Translations under genes and position numbers: made by a program
Shown here: piece by piece, positions 1 to 8,569 of the stretch
Layout: each line of letters starts with the position of its first letter
Numbering within the stretch: position 1 is the stretch's first letter
Notes under the pieces: generated by a model
The model's input: the letters and a program-made list of their open reading frames with translations, nothing else
Told to the model about the DNA's origin: nothing
The model's database searches: none
Assembly (NCBI GenBank): GCA_035287825.1
Contig: DATEBK010000382.1
Span: 1-46,449 of the forward strand
Origin: Terriglobales bacterium
Lineage (GTDB): Bacteria > Acidobacteriota > Terriglobia > Terriglobales > Acidobacteriaceae
Reading direction: 5' to 3'
Length of the DNA stretch: 46,449 nt

Positions 1-329
1 AGAATGATCCCGTGAACCCGCAGTCGCTGGCCATTGATCCAGAAAAAAGATGAGCTGCGGAAGAGTGAGCCAAGGTGCATAGTCAAGGATGAGTTCCTAA
101 GGGTAAATCATAGAGAGGGCGTTCAAGCTCCATAATCAACGCATAATCAGGAGCTTGGCGGGATGTACTTCCGATTGGGCCAGGGGATGGCACTTTGGTG
201 CTATACCGCGTCACCGATGTGCTATTGGGGTGGAGGCTTAATTCACGATACCTTAAGAATCACACGACGGCGAAGTAGTGTCCCGAGAGTGTACGTAGCG
301 AGGGACGGTCGTTTGATTGGGGGCATGCA

Positions 330-500
330 GTGATCCAGAAAATCCGTCAACTTTGGTCTGAGGAAAGCGGTCAAGACGTTGCTGAATATGCCGTCATGCT
401 CGCAGTAATTCTGGTCATCGTGATCGGTACGGTCAAATTGATCGGCAGCAACGCCAACAACGTCTTTTCGCAAGTCGGCAGTTCGATGCAGTCGCAATAA
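330..500 (+). CDS. flp: Flp/Fap-family type IVb (Tad) pilin precursor, 56 aa, GTG start; absent from supplied ORF track
   Basis: Hand translation of the frame ending at TAA 498-500 gives (M)IQKIRQLWSEESGQDVAEYAVMLAVILVIVIGTVKLIGSNANNVFSQVGSSMQSQ. It carries the Flp prepilin signature (G followed by xxxxEY) and then a ~20-aa hydrophobic helix. A GGGGG Shine-Dalgarno lies at 319-323, 6 nt before GTG 330. An in-frame TAG at 276-278 limits upstream extension. Confidence 0.85.
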   Translation: MIQKIRQLWSEESGQDVAEYAVMLAVILVIVIGTVKLIGSNANNVFSQVGSSMQSQ

Positions 501-618
501 TGTAAATCCAAGCCCTGCCGCATCATGCGCGGGGATTTCTCTGTTTGTCTCTGCTCGATATCCCAGCGCAAAATTGCAGGCCATGACAAACCAACTGGCG
601 TGCGTTTCGCGCCAGAAC

Positions 619-2256
619 CTAAATCACCACGGCTTCCTTGTATTCCCCATACACCTTGCGCATCGCGTCTGAGATTTCGCCGACCGTGGCATTCGCTTCC
701 ACTGCCGTCAGAATCCGCGGCATGAGGTTTTCTCCGGAACGCGCCGCATCTTCCACCGCGCCGAGGGCGGCTTTCCAGGTCGCGACATTTCGTTTTGCCC
801 GCAGCGCCCTCACCCGCTCGACCTGACGCGGCTCGAGCACCGGATCAATCCTCTGGATCGGCACGGCGCGCTCTTCTCCCACCTGAAAGCGGTTTACGCC
901 CACCACCACCGCCCTCTCGCTATCGACCGCTTGCTGATATTCGTAGGCCGCGTTCTGGATCTCCTGCTGCACGTACCCGCGTTCGATCGCCTTGAGCATG
1001 CCGCCCATAGCTGAAATTTTTTCCAGATAATCGAACGCCCGCTTCTCGATTTCATCGGTCAGCGATTCAATGTAATACGAGCCCGCCAGAGGATCGACCG
1101 TCTGGGGCGCGCCTGATTCAAAAGCGATCACCTGCTGCGTGCGCAGCGCGATGCGCGCTGAGGCCTCGGTCGGAAGCGCCAGCGCCTCGTCAAACGAATT
1201 CGTATGCAGAGACTGCGTTCCGCCGAGCACCGCAGCCATGGCCTGAATCGCCGTCCGTACAATGTTGTTCTCCGGTTGCTGCGCCGTCAGCGTGGAGCCG
1301 GCGGTCTGCGTGTGAAAACGTAGCATCCACGATTTCGGGTTCTTCGCCGCAAAGCGTTCGCGCATGATCTTCGCCCACATGCGGCGCGCAGCGCGGAATT
1401 TCGCAACCTCCTCAAGAAAATTGTTGTGCGCGTTGAAGAAGAATGAAAGCCGTGGCGCGAACTGGTCGACTTCGAGCCCGGCTTTGATCGCCGCTTCCAC
1501 ATAGGCAATCCCGTTGCCCAGCGTAAACGCGACTTCCTGCACCGCCGTCGATCCCGCCTCGCGCATGTGATAGCCGGAGATCGAAATCGTGTTCCAATCG
1601 GGCACGTTTTCATTCGTCCAGGCAAAAAGATCGGTGATGATGCGCATCGCCTGTTGCGGCGGATAAATATAGGTTCCGCGCGCGATGTATTCCTTGAGCA
1701 CGTCGTTCTGCACTGTGCCCGAGAGCTTGCGAACGTCCATCCCCTGCCGCCGCGCCACGGCCACGTATAACGCCAGCAGAATCGATGCCGTGGCGTTAAT
1801 TGTCATGGAAGTGGAAATTTTGGTCAGATCGATGCCATCGAACAGGCGCTGCATGTCTTCAATCGAATCGATGGCCACGCCAACTTTGCCGACCTCGCCG
1901 ACAGCCAGAGGATTATCCGAATCAAGCCCAATCTGTGTCGGCAGATCGAACGCAACCGAGAGCCCAGTCGTTCCGTTGGCCAGCAGATATTTGTAGCGTT
2001 TGTTCGACTCCTCAGCATCTCCCATCCCGGCATACTGGCGCATGGTCCAGAGACGGCCGCGATACATCGTCGCCTGCACACCACGCGTGTAAGGGAATTG
2101 TCCGGGATAACCGACGTCGCGGTCGTAGTCCCAGGCCGCGAGATCGGAAGTTGTGTAGAGCGGGCGCACTTCAATGTGGGAAGATGTCTCTTCCCTCACT
2201 GATGAATCGGCGGGCGTTTTCTTTGCTGCGGGTTCGGACGTCTTGAACTCCGTCAT
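619..2256 (-). CDS. methylmalonyl-CoA mutase-family catalytic (large) subunit, split type without a fused B12-binding domain
   Basis: The 545-553 aa ORF contains [26 protein letters not shown] and [21 protein letters not shown]. Tyr and Arg at the substrate-specificity positions fit MCM rather than isobutyryl-CoA mutase. No C-terminal cobalamin-binding domain is present. I prefer the ATG at 2256; a GTG at 2280 is the alternative. Confidence 0.9.
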   Translation of the reverse strand: MTEFKTSEPAAKKTPADSSVREETSSHIEVRPLYTTSDLAAWDYDRDVGYPGQFPYTRGVQATMYRGRLWTMRQYAGMGDAEESNKRYKYLLANGTTGLSVAFDLPTQIGLDSDNPLAVGEVGKVGVAIDSIEDMQRLFDGIDLTKISTSMTINATASILLALYVAVARRQGMDVRKLSGTVQNDVLKEYIARGTYIYPPQQAMRIITDLFAWTNENVPDWNTISISGYHMREAGSTAVQEVAFTLGNGIAYVEAAIKAGLEVDQFAPRLSFFFNAHNNFLEEVAKFRAARRMWAKIMRERFAAKNPKSWMLRFHTQTAGSTLTAQQPENNIVRTAIQAMAAVLGGTQSLHTNSFDEALALPTEASARIALRTQQVIAFESGAPQTVDPLAGSYYIESLTDEIEKRAFDYLEKISAMGGMLKAIERGYVQQEIQNAAYEYQQAVDSERAVVVGVNRFQVGEERAVPIQRIDPVLEPRQVERVRALRAKRNVATWKAALGAVEDAARSGENLMPRILTAVEANATVGEISDAMRKVYGEYKEAVVI

Positions 2257-2334
2257 GAATCGCTCTTCCACACCGCCCACTCACGACCGCCCTTGTTGTC
2301 ATTGCGCTTCGACTGCAGCGCTCACTTCTTGACT

Positions 2335-2694
2335 TTAGCTCTTGGATCGAGCTTTTTTCCTGTTGACCCGCCAAAACGAACTGAGCCCGAACCAAGCGAA
2401 AGAAACCGTGAAGCAGATCGCGAGGATTAGCCGTCCCGCCCCCATCTCATGTCCAATGGCGCGGCCGGATTGGTAACGCCCGTATTCTCGCACCAGGGAA
2501 ATAGCCCCCACCCCGGCCATCGCCAGAAAGGTGAATCCCGTGACTTCCAGCCAGAGTTGGTGCACCGTCTGTCCCACCGAGCGCGCTGCCGCCCGAACCC
2601 CCGCCACAAACGCACCGCCGGCACGGCTCTGCTCAAGCCAGCGAACCAGCGTTCCCAGAACTCGTTTGATCCTTGCCGCCGGGCCGTCGATCAT
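2335..2694 (-). CDS. hypothetical membrane protein (two predicted TM helices), 119 aa
   Basis: ATG start with a GAGG 7 nt upstream. Hydrophobic segments are FTFLAMAGVGAISLV and LILAICFTVSFAWFGLSSF. It lies directly upstream of the mutase gene in the same orientation. I recognise no family. Confidence 0.55.
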   Translation of the reverse strand: MIDGPAARIKRVLGTLVRWLEQSRAGGAFVAGVRAAARSVGQTVHQLWLEVTGFTFLAMAGVGAISLVREYGRYQSGRAIGHEMGAGRLILAICFTVSFAWFGLSSFWRVNRKKARSKS

Positions 2695-2845
2695 TCTTGG
2701 CCTCTAACCAAAATCGTTCCTCTAATCGATCTTCAACAGAACTCACTCTCGTTCGATTTTAGCAGTGGCGGGGCGTACAATAACCGTGGGTGCATCACAA
2801 AGAACGCGATCGTGGCGTGAGCGAAGTCCGATTCCAGGGGGACTC

Positions 2846-3133
2846 GTGGACCAGCAACTGAAGCAACTTATGAAAGAGCTCGGAGATGCGATCAACGAGT
2901 CTCTTTCCGATTCCGATTCGATCGCCGAGGTCGTGTCCCGCATTAGAGAAGGCGGCTACGACATTTTCCTCGTCCTCGAAGCTACCATCGGTGTTAGCAA
3001 GCAAGGGGAACATACTACTGACAAAACTTCGCTTGTCTCTACGCTCAGCACCAACGCCGAACTCAAGATCAGCGATCAGGATCTGAAGTTTCTCAAATCG
3101 CTGCGCATCAAGTTCGACGAAGAAGAGGACTAG
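2846..3133 (+). CDS. small acidic hypothetical protein (~95 aa)
   Basis: The ORF track gives 2765-3133. I prefer GTG 2846, which is preceded by AGGGGGA. The product begins VDQQLKQLMKELGDAINESLSDSDSIAEVVSRIREGGYDIFLVLEATIG and ends FDEEED. Third-position GC bias supports coding. Function unknown. Confidence 0.55.
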   Translation: MDQQLKQLMKELGDAINESLSDSDSIAEVVSRIREGGYDIFLVLEATIGVSKQGEHTTDKTSLVSTLSTNAELKISDQDLKFLKSLRIKFDEEED

Positions 3134-3502
3134 GTCGCAGGGTTTGGGTTCGTCACGTGGAAACTGGACCCGAGTTTGGCCTCTGCCGCGGGCAGAAAAT
3201 TCCGAGAAAAATCTTCCGGTTTTCCACCCAACTTTTCCCTTCCCGAAATAGGAAAAACCTTGCAGATGCCTTGCTGTCTCTTAATAAGATGATTTTTCCG
3301 TAGTCTAAGTAGCCGCTAAACAGCATCTTATGGAAGTAGTCAATTGGTCGAAATTGGCCTTCGGCGTGCACTTCAGATCCGTGGAAGTGCCGTCCCCCGC
3401 GTTCTTTACAGCGCCAGTCAAGTAATTGCCGGGCGCAGTTTTCCCGGGATAGGTCATTTCTCTATCCAGCGCTGAGCTGGTAGGTTACATGAGGTACCGG
3501 AT

Positions 3503-4546
3503 ATGGACTCCCAGGCTTCACAATTGACCCTTGGCCTTCTTCCCGAGCCTCGCACCCGCCGGGAAAAGTTCGTTCTTAGCTATGCCGTGCAGTCGGTTCT
3601 GGTGGCGTTCATCGTAATTTCCGCCATCCTGCATCCCGACGTCCTTGTGCCGCAGGACCGCGACTACCATTTTGTCAGCTTGGTGGATACGCCGCCACCG
3701 ATCCCGCAGACTCCCGCGCCGGTCAGGCATTTCCCGGTTCCCACTCCAAAGGTTACCGAGCCTGTGGCTCCGCGGCCGGAAGCAATGCGTGTTCCTCCTG
3801 AGTTAGTCCAGAAAAAGCAACCAATACCCGAAGAACAGGCACCAAAGATCACGCTGGCGGCGAAGAAAGAAATTCTGCCGGATGTGAAATTGGCGATTCC
3901 GCGACCGCCCGTCAAGACCAACGTGTTTGCAGGAAGTTCGGCAACACCTACGATGGCCGCCGCGCCGGCGAAGGTGCAAACCGGCGGGTTCGGCGATCCT
4001 AATGGTATGCCCAATCAGGATACTCACGGCCATCCCATCACCATAGCCCAAGCCGGCGCTTTGGATATGCCGAACGGCGGAGGCTATGGCAATGGCACTG
4101 GCGGATCGCACGGCGCTCGCGGCGTCGTGGCCAGCGCAGGTTTTGGGAGTGGTATTGCCACCGGTGACGGCTCCGGCATTTCCGGCTCGCGCGGAGTTGT
4201 CCGCCAGGCCGGCTTCGGAGATGCCGACGTGGCCGCTGCTTCGCAGCCCAAGAAGGCCGCCGAAGCCGCCGTTAAGACTTTTCCGGTGGAAATCACTTAC
4301 AAGCCGCGTCCGGTCTACACCGACGAAGGGCGAAAACTCAAGATCGAAGGCGAAGTTTTATTGGATGTCGTGTTCTCCGCGACTGGCGAAATTCGCATCA
4401 TAAAGGTTGTGCACGGCCTCGGTCACGGACTGGATGAATCCGCGGTTCACGCGGCGGAGAAGATCCAGTTCAAGCCCGCCCAAAAGGACGGTCACCCTGC
4501 CGATTTCGAGGCGGTGTTGCACATCGAGTTTCTACTGGCTTCCTAA
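3503..4546 (+). CDS. energy transducer TonB-family protein
   Basis: It has an N-terminal TM anchor (VLVAFIVISAILHP), a Pro-rich spacer, and a C-terminal TonB_C-like domain (YTDEGRKLKIEGEVLLDVVFSATGEIRIIKVVHGLGHGLDESAVHAAEKIQFKPAQKDG). A GAGGT Shine-Dalgarno lies 7 nt upstream of the ATG. Confidence 0.85.
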   Translation: MDSQASQLTLGLLPEPRTRREKFVLSYAVQSVLVAFIVISAILHPDVLVPQDRDYHFVSLVDTPPPIPQTPAPVRHFPVPTPKVTEPVAPRPEAMRVPPELVQKKQPIPEEQAPKITLAAKKEILPDVKLAIPRPPVKTNVFAGSSATPTMAAAPAKVQTGGFGDPNGMPNQDTHGHPITIAQAGALDMPNGGGYGNGTGGSHGARGVVASAGFGSGIATGDGSGISGSRGVVRQAGFGDADVAAASQPKKAAEAAVKTFPVEITYKPRPVYTDEGRKLKIEGEVLLDVVFSATGEIRIIKVVHGLGHGLDESAVHAAEKIQFKPAQKDGHPADFEAVLHIEFLLAS

Positions 4547-4569
4547 GCTGCGATTGCGTCGTTGATAGC

Positions 4570-4578
4570 TGGTAGAAT
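4570..4578 (+). promoter_or_regulatory. extended -10 promoter candidate TGgTAGAAT for the M48 peptidase gene
   Basis: TGgTAGAAT lies 15 nt upstream of ATG 4593, which implies a very short leader. There is no good -35. Confidence 0.25.
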
Positions 4579-4592
4579 GAAAACAAATTAAA

Positions 4593-6347
4593 ATGCTGCG
4601 TCCCCCATTAGCAGTACTTGCGCTCTCTTTAGTCTGTGTTATATCTCTGTTCACGCAGACTTCGTTCACGCAGACTTCGCCTGCACAGACCGCACCCGAC
4701 CCAAAACTTTCCACTCGCGATGCCGCTGCGGCGCAACAATCCAGCGCCGCCGCCAACAGCTTCGATGAGGTCATCGATCGCGCCATTGAACGCGAACATT
4801 TCTTCATGGCCCAGATGAAGCAAATGCATCCGCTGGTTGAAACCTACCTCCAGAATCTGAAAGACGATAAAGAGCTCGGTGCGCCGGTGCCCAGCAGCGA
4901 TGTCTACTTTCTTGGCCGGCTGGATATGAGCGAAGGTACCGACGACCGCACTTTCAGTTCGCCCACCACGGCCGGACTCGGCAAGCGGATGCTGGACAAG
5001 CTGAAGGATGCCTATGCTATGAAGTTCCTTCCCCTGGGATTCGCCCAGATGGTGATACTTGACCGGGATTTCCAGCGCCAATATTACGACTTCACTTTCG
5101 TGCGCCGCGAGTTTCTCGGCGAAATACGCTGCGTGGTAATGGATGTTGCCCCTAAGAAAGACGCTTCCGGCGGTCGCTTCGAAGGCCGCATCTGGATTGA
5201 GGACCAGGACTACAACATCGTTCGTTTTAATGGCACCTACACGCAAAAGCGCCGTAACAGTTATTTCTTTCACTTCGACAGCTGGCGGCAGAACCTGCGG
5301 CCCGGCACCTGGCTGCCCTCGATGGTTTATTCCGAAGAGAGCGACCTTAAGCACGGCGCCCTCGGTCAGACGCTCCGTTACAAGGCTCAAACCCGGCTCT
5401 GGGGTTATAACCTCAAGGATTTCCGCCGCAACTCCGAATTCACCGAAATCACCATCGACCAGCCGCAGTCCGTCCAGGACCAGAGCCAGAAGGCGCAGGA
5501 TGCGTCGCCCGTCGAAGCGCAGCGAGCCTGGGAACGTCAAGCGGAAATCAACGTCCTCGACCGCCTGCAGCAGATCGGCTTGTTGGCGCCCGAAGGTGAG
5601 ATCGATAAGGTCCTTCAGACTGTCGTCAACAACGTGATGGTCACCAACAACCTCGACATTCAGCCCGAGATCAAATGCCGCGTGCTCATGACCACGCCGC
5701 TCGAATCCTTCACCATCGGCAGGACCATTGTCGTCAGTCGCGGCATGATCGATGTGCTGCCCGACGAAGCCGCTCTGGCCATGATCCTCACTCACGAATT
5801 GGCCCACATTGCGCTCGGCCATCACCTCGACACCAAGATGGCGTTCAACGACCGCATGTTCTTTCCCGATGAGCGCACCTTCGAGCGCATGGATTTCGCT
5901 CGCGATCGGGCCGAAGAAGAAGCGGCCGACAAGAAAGCCATCGAACTACTCAATAACTCGCCTTACAAAGACAAACTTACCAATGCAGGTTTGTTCCTCA
6001 AGGCGGTCCAGGCGCGCGCGCCGGCGCTGAAAAACCTCATCCGGGCGCACCTCGGCGACAGCCTGCTCAATGGCAACGCTACACGGATGTCGTCGCTCAT
6101 GACCGCTTCGCCGCAGTTCGATCCGAAGAAGACCGACCAGGTAGCGGCGCTCCCGCTCGGCGGACGCGTCAGGATCGATCCGTGGACCGATCAGCTTGAT
6201 CTGGTCAAGACCAAGCCGGTTGCTATCACCAGTGCGGCGGAGAAGATGCCGTTTGAAGTTACACCGTTCTTTCCGTTCCTGACACGGCTTGGAGATAAAA
6301 CAGCGCCCACACCGGAGAAAACGGCCTCGGCACCAACAGGACAATAA
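4593..6347 (+). CDS. secreted M48-family zinc metallopeptidase
   Basis: N-terminal signal peptide (MLRPPLAVLALSLVCVISLF). HExxH zinc motif in LTHELAHIALGHH. 584 aa. Confidence 0.8.
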   Translation: MLRPPLAVLALSLVCVISLFTQTSFTQTSPAQTAPDPKLSTRDAAAAQQSSAAANSFDEVIDRAIEREHFFMAQMKQMHPLVETYLQNLKDDKELGAPVPSSDVYFLGRLDMSEGTDDRTFSSPTTAGLGKRMLDKLKDAYAMKFLPLGFAQMVILDRDFQRQYYDFTFVRREFLGEIRCVVMDVAPKKDASGGRFEGRIWIEDQDYNIVRFNGTYTQKRRNSYFFHFDSWRQNLRPGTWLPSMVYSEESDLKHGALGQTLRYKAQTRLWGYNLKDFRRNSEFTEITIDQPQSVQDQSQKAQDASPVEAQRAWERQAEINVLDRLQQIGLLAPEGEIDKVLQTVVNNVMVTNNLDIQPEIKCRVLMTTPLESFTIGRTIVVSRGMIDVLPDEAALAMILTHELAHIALGHHLDTKMAFNDRMFFPDERTFERMDFARDRAEEEAADKKAIELLNNSPYKDKLTNAGLFLKAVQARAPALKNLIRAHLGDSLLNGNATRMSSLMTASPQFDPKKTDQVAALPLGGRVRIDPWTDQLDLVKTKPVAITSAAEKMPFEVTPFFPFLTRLGDKTAPTPEKTASAPTGQ

Positions 6348-6398
6348 GATTGGAGTCACAGACGGCGTCGGTGGCTTGATCGTCAGATTTGGCTTTAG

Positions 6399-6581
6399 TC
6401 AGTTCGCCAGTTTGTAGTCGCAGGCTGTGCGGCAGGGGTCGCAGTAGAGCAGCCCATCGGTGCAGAGGCGCACGTCAAGTTCGGACTGGCACAGCACACA
6501 GAATTTTTCGCACCAGCAGCTTTTTTCGGGCTGCTCGCATTGCGCGCATAGAATCTGACGAAGGCCCGGTTTCGAGGACAT
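6399..6581 (-). CDS. small cysteine-rich (CWC-type) putative zinc-binding protein, 60 aa
   Basis: MSSKPGLRQILCAQCEQPEKSCWCEKFCVLCQSELDVRLCTDGLLYCDPCRTACDYKLAN has 11 Cys, including three CxxC pairs and a CWC motif. Third codon positions are strongly G/C-biased. The longer track ORF (to 6692) adds a non-conserved-looking extension, and the overlapping ORFs 6389-6583 (+) and 6395-6631 (-) lack any motif. Confidence 0.6.
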   Translation of the reverse strand: MSSKPGLRQILCAQCEQPEKSCWCEKFCVLCQSELDVRLCTDGLLYCDPCRTACDYKLAN

Positions 6582-6819
6582 GATTGCAGTGTAGTGCTGC
6601 GCTCCCGGCGAAGAAACATAACCGAAGTCACAACAAGAGCAAGCCGTGTTCGTCGCGCTCCCGTTTCTCAATTCTGATTTTCCTAAGACCAAGGAACAAG
6701 ACCCAAGACCTGCCCTTGTGACCTGAGGCCCGCGCCTGTGTTAACTTAAACAGTTCCAGATTCCGGCGGCCCAGCCACTGTCGGAACTCGATTTTTGATG
6801 ATCTCGACAGAGGTTCTGC

Positions 6820-7986
6820 TTGTCCGTTGTTGAAGCCACTCCGCTAGCGACGCCGCAAAACGTGCGCAAGACTGCGCTGAATGCCGTCCATCGCCAGATG
6901 GGCGCGAAAATGGTGGAGTTCAACGGTTGGGACATGCCTGTCGAATACCCCGCCGCCATTGGCTGTGGCATCGTCAACGAGCACCTGGCGGTGCGTAACG
7001 GAGTTGGCATCTTCGACGTCAGTCACATGGGCGACATTCGTCTGGCCGGCCGTGAAGCGCTGGCCGCCGTGCAGCATATCTCGATGAATGATGCGTCTCG
7101 CCTCGCCATCGGTCAGGCGCAATATTCGGCGTTGCTTTATCCCCAGGGAACGTTCGTGGACGATGTAATCGTGCATCGCCTCGGCGAAGACGAATATCTG
7201 CTGGTGATCAATGCCGGTACCCGCGAAAAAGACTTCAACTGGGTGCGCGATAACACGCGCCAGTTCGACTGCGCCGTCGAACATCTCTCCGATGATTTCA
7301 CGCAGATTGCGATCCAGGGGCCGAAGGCCGTCGATCTGCTGCAGAAGTTGACCGACGCCGACTTGAGCGCGGTGAAATTTTATTGGGTGACGCGCGGTAG
7401 TTTATGCGGGTTGAAAAATATCCTGCTGGGTCGCACCGGCTATACCGCCGAGGATGGTTTCGAGATTTATATTCCTTCCGACGAAGAAACGAGCGCGCGC
7501 GTGTGGTACGCAATACTTGACGCGGGTAAGGAATTCGGCGCAGTTCCGTGCGGCCTCGGCGCCCGCAACACGCTTCGTCTCGAAGGCAAGCTCCCGCTCT
7601 ACGGACACGAGATCTCGGACACAATCAACGTCTGGGAAGCCGGGCTCGACCGTTTCTGCAAGATGGAGAAGCCAGATTTTATCGGCCGCGCAGCCCTCGA
7701 ACAGGCAAAAGCTGCGGGCGTGAAGAGAACGCTGGTCGGACTTGAAATGGTGGATCGCGGCATCGCGCGCGATGGCTACAAAGTGCTCGACAACGCCGGG
7801 CATGAGATTGGCTATGTCACGAGCGGTTCTCCGGCGCCGTTTTTGAAAAAAAATATTGCACTCGCCTATGTCCCGCCGGAGCAGGCGGCGATCGGGAATA
7901 CGGTGCAAGTGGAAATTCGCGGCCAGGGCGTCAAGGCGCAAGTGGTGCCGACGCCATTTTATAAACGCCCGAAAAAAACTTCATGA
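6820..7986 (+). CDS. gcvT: glycine cleavage system aminomethyltransferase (T protein)
   Basis: N-terminus RKTALNAVHRQMGAKMVEFNGWDMPVEY plus FDVSHMG are typical of GcvT. It is the first gene of a gcvT-H-PA-PB array. The start is uncertain: TTG 6820 or GTG 6862. Confidence 0.95.
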   Translation: MSVVEATPLATPQNVRKTALNAVHRQMGAKMVEFNGWDMPVEYPAAIGCGIVNEHLAVRNGVGIFDVSHMGDIRLAGREALAAVQHISMNDASRLAIGQAQYSALLYPQGTFVDDVIVHRLGEDEYLLVINAGTREKDFNWVRDNTRQFDCAVEHLSDDFTQIAIQGPKAVDLLQKLTDADLSAVKFYWVTRGSLCGLKNILLGRTGYTAEDGFEIYIPSDEETSARVWYAILDAGKEFGAVPCGLGARNTLRLEGKLPLYGHEISDTINVWEAGLDRFCKMEKPDFIGRAALEQAKAAGVKRTLVGLEMVDRGIARDGYKVLDNAGHEIGYVTSGSPAPFLKKNIALAYVPPEQAAIGNTVQVEIRGQGVKAQVVPTPFYKRPKKTS

Positions 7987-8038
7987 AGAATAGAGACAAA
8001 ACGAATACCAAATAGGTAAAGCTAGGAGCCAGAAGCCG

Positions 8039-8419
8039 ATGTCCTACCCCACCGACCGCAAGTACACCAAAGAGCACGAATGGATCACCCCCGAGGGCGC
8101 CATCGGCATCACCAACCACGCACAGGATTCGCTCGGCGATATCGTGTTCGTCGAGCTGCCTAAAGTTGGCACTGAAATCTCCGCAGGCAAGACCTTCGGC
8201 ACAGTCGAGTCGGTCAAGGCCGTTTCCGATCTCTACGCTCCGGTTTCGGGTACTGTGACCGCCGTGAACGAGGCTCTCGCGACCGCCCCGGAGCAGGTGA
8301 ACAAAGACGCGCACGGCGCCTGGATGCTCAAAATCAAGATCAAAGATCCGGCGGAATTGAACGGTCTCCTCTCCGCCGCAGACTATGAGAAATTTGCCAG
8401 CGAGGAGGCGGGACACTGA
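8039..8419 (+). CDS. gcvH: glycine cleavage system H protein (lipoyl carrier)
   Basis: 126 aa with the lipoyl-lysine motif TVESVKAVSDLYAPVSG. An AGGAG Shine-Dalgarno lies upstream. Confidence 0.95.
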   Translation: MSYPTDRKYTKEHEWITPEGAIGITNHAQDSLGDIVFVELPKVGTEISAGKTFGTVESVKAVSDLYAPVSGTVTAVNEALATAPEQVNKDAHGAWMLKIKIKDPAELNGLLSAADYEKFASEEAGH

Positions 8420-8422
8420 GGA

Positions 8423-8534
8423 CGATTGCAGAGGCTCGAGGGCAAATTGCAGAATTGAACGGATTGCCCTCATTGATGGCTGCTGGAAGCCGGGACTTTC
8501 ACCTCTGCAATTTGACCTTTGACCTCTGCAATCG
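8423..8534 (+). repeat. nested inverted-repeat / direct-repeat element in the gcvH-gcvPA spacer
   Basis: 12-bp perfect arms at 8423-8434 / 8523-8534. 10-bp perfect arms at 8444-8453 / 8504-8513. An alternative 8-bp pairing at 8438-8445 / 8464-8471. A 14-nt direct repeat (1 mismatch) at 8498-8511 and 8519-8532. Confidence 0.85.
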
Positions 8535-8569
8535 TTTCACCCGCTGTGCACATCCAATTAAAGGTTGCT

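Noticed and set aside
1-53. Possible 3' end of an upstream plus-strand CDS (...NDPVNPQSLAIDPEKR, stop at 51-53)
   Set aside because: Only 16 codons are visible, the other frames also stop early, and nothing identifies it.
188-202. Sigma54-like -24/-12 promoter TGGCAC-tttgg-TGCT upstream of flp
   Set aside because: The GG and GC dinucleotides are 11 nt apart rather than the near-invariant 12 (TGGCAC-N5-TTGC), so the spacing is one base short. I do not call it.
511-560. Hairpin after flp (CCCTGCCGC-atcat-GCGCGGGG, then T-rich) as a rho-independent terminator
   Set aside because: The stem pairs only 3-4 consecutive bases before mismatches, which is too weak to call.
243-589. Two minus-strand ORFs (113 and 72 aa) over the flp region
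   Set aside because: They are antisense to a textbook Flp pilin ORF that has a strong Shine-Dalgarno, and they carry no motifs of their own.
3153-3371. 72-aa minus-strand ORF in the long gap upstream of the TonB-like gene
   Set aside because: It is AT-rich with no coding-type third-position bias, no Shine-Dalgarno and no family resemblance.
4629-5825. 398-aa minus-strand ORF antisense to the M48 peptidase
   Set aside because: Typical shadow ORF of a GC-rich gene: a Gly/Arg/Val/Asp-rich product with no motif, while the plus strand carries a signal peptide and HExxH.
6693-6819. Expected glycine riboswitch upstream of gcvT
   Set aside because: I found none of the conserved glycine-aptamer cores (GGAGAG...CACCGAAGGGGCAA type strings) on the plus strand. 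Only a short CTGTGTTAAC...AAACAG quasi-palindrome is present. No riboswitch is called, though a covariance-model scan would be decisive.
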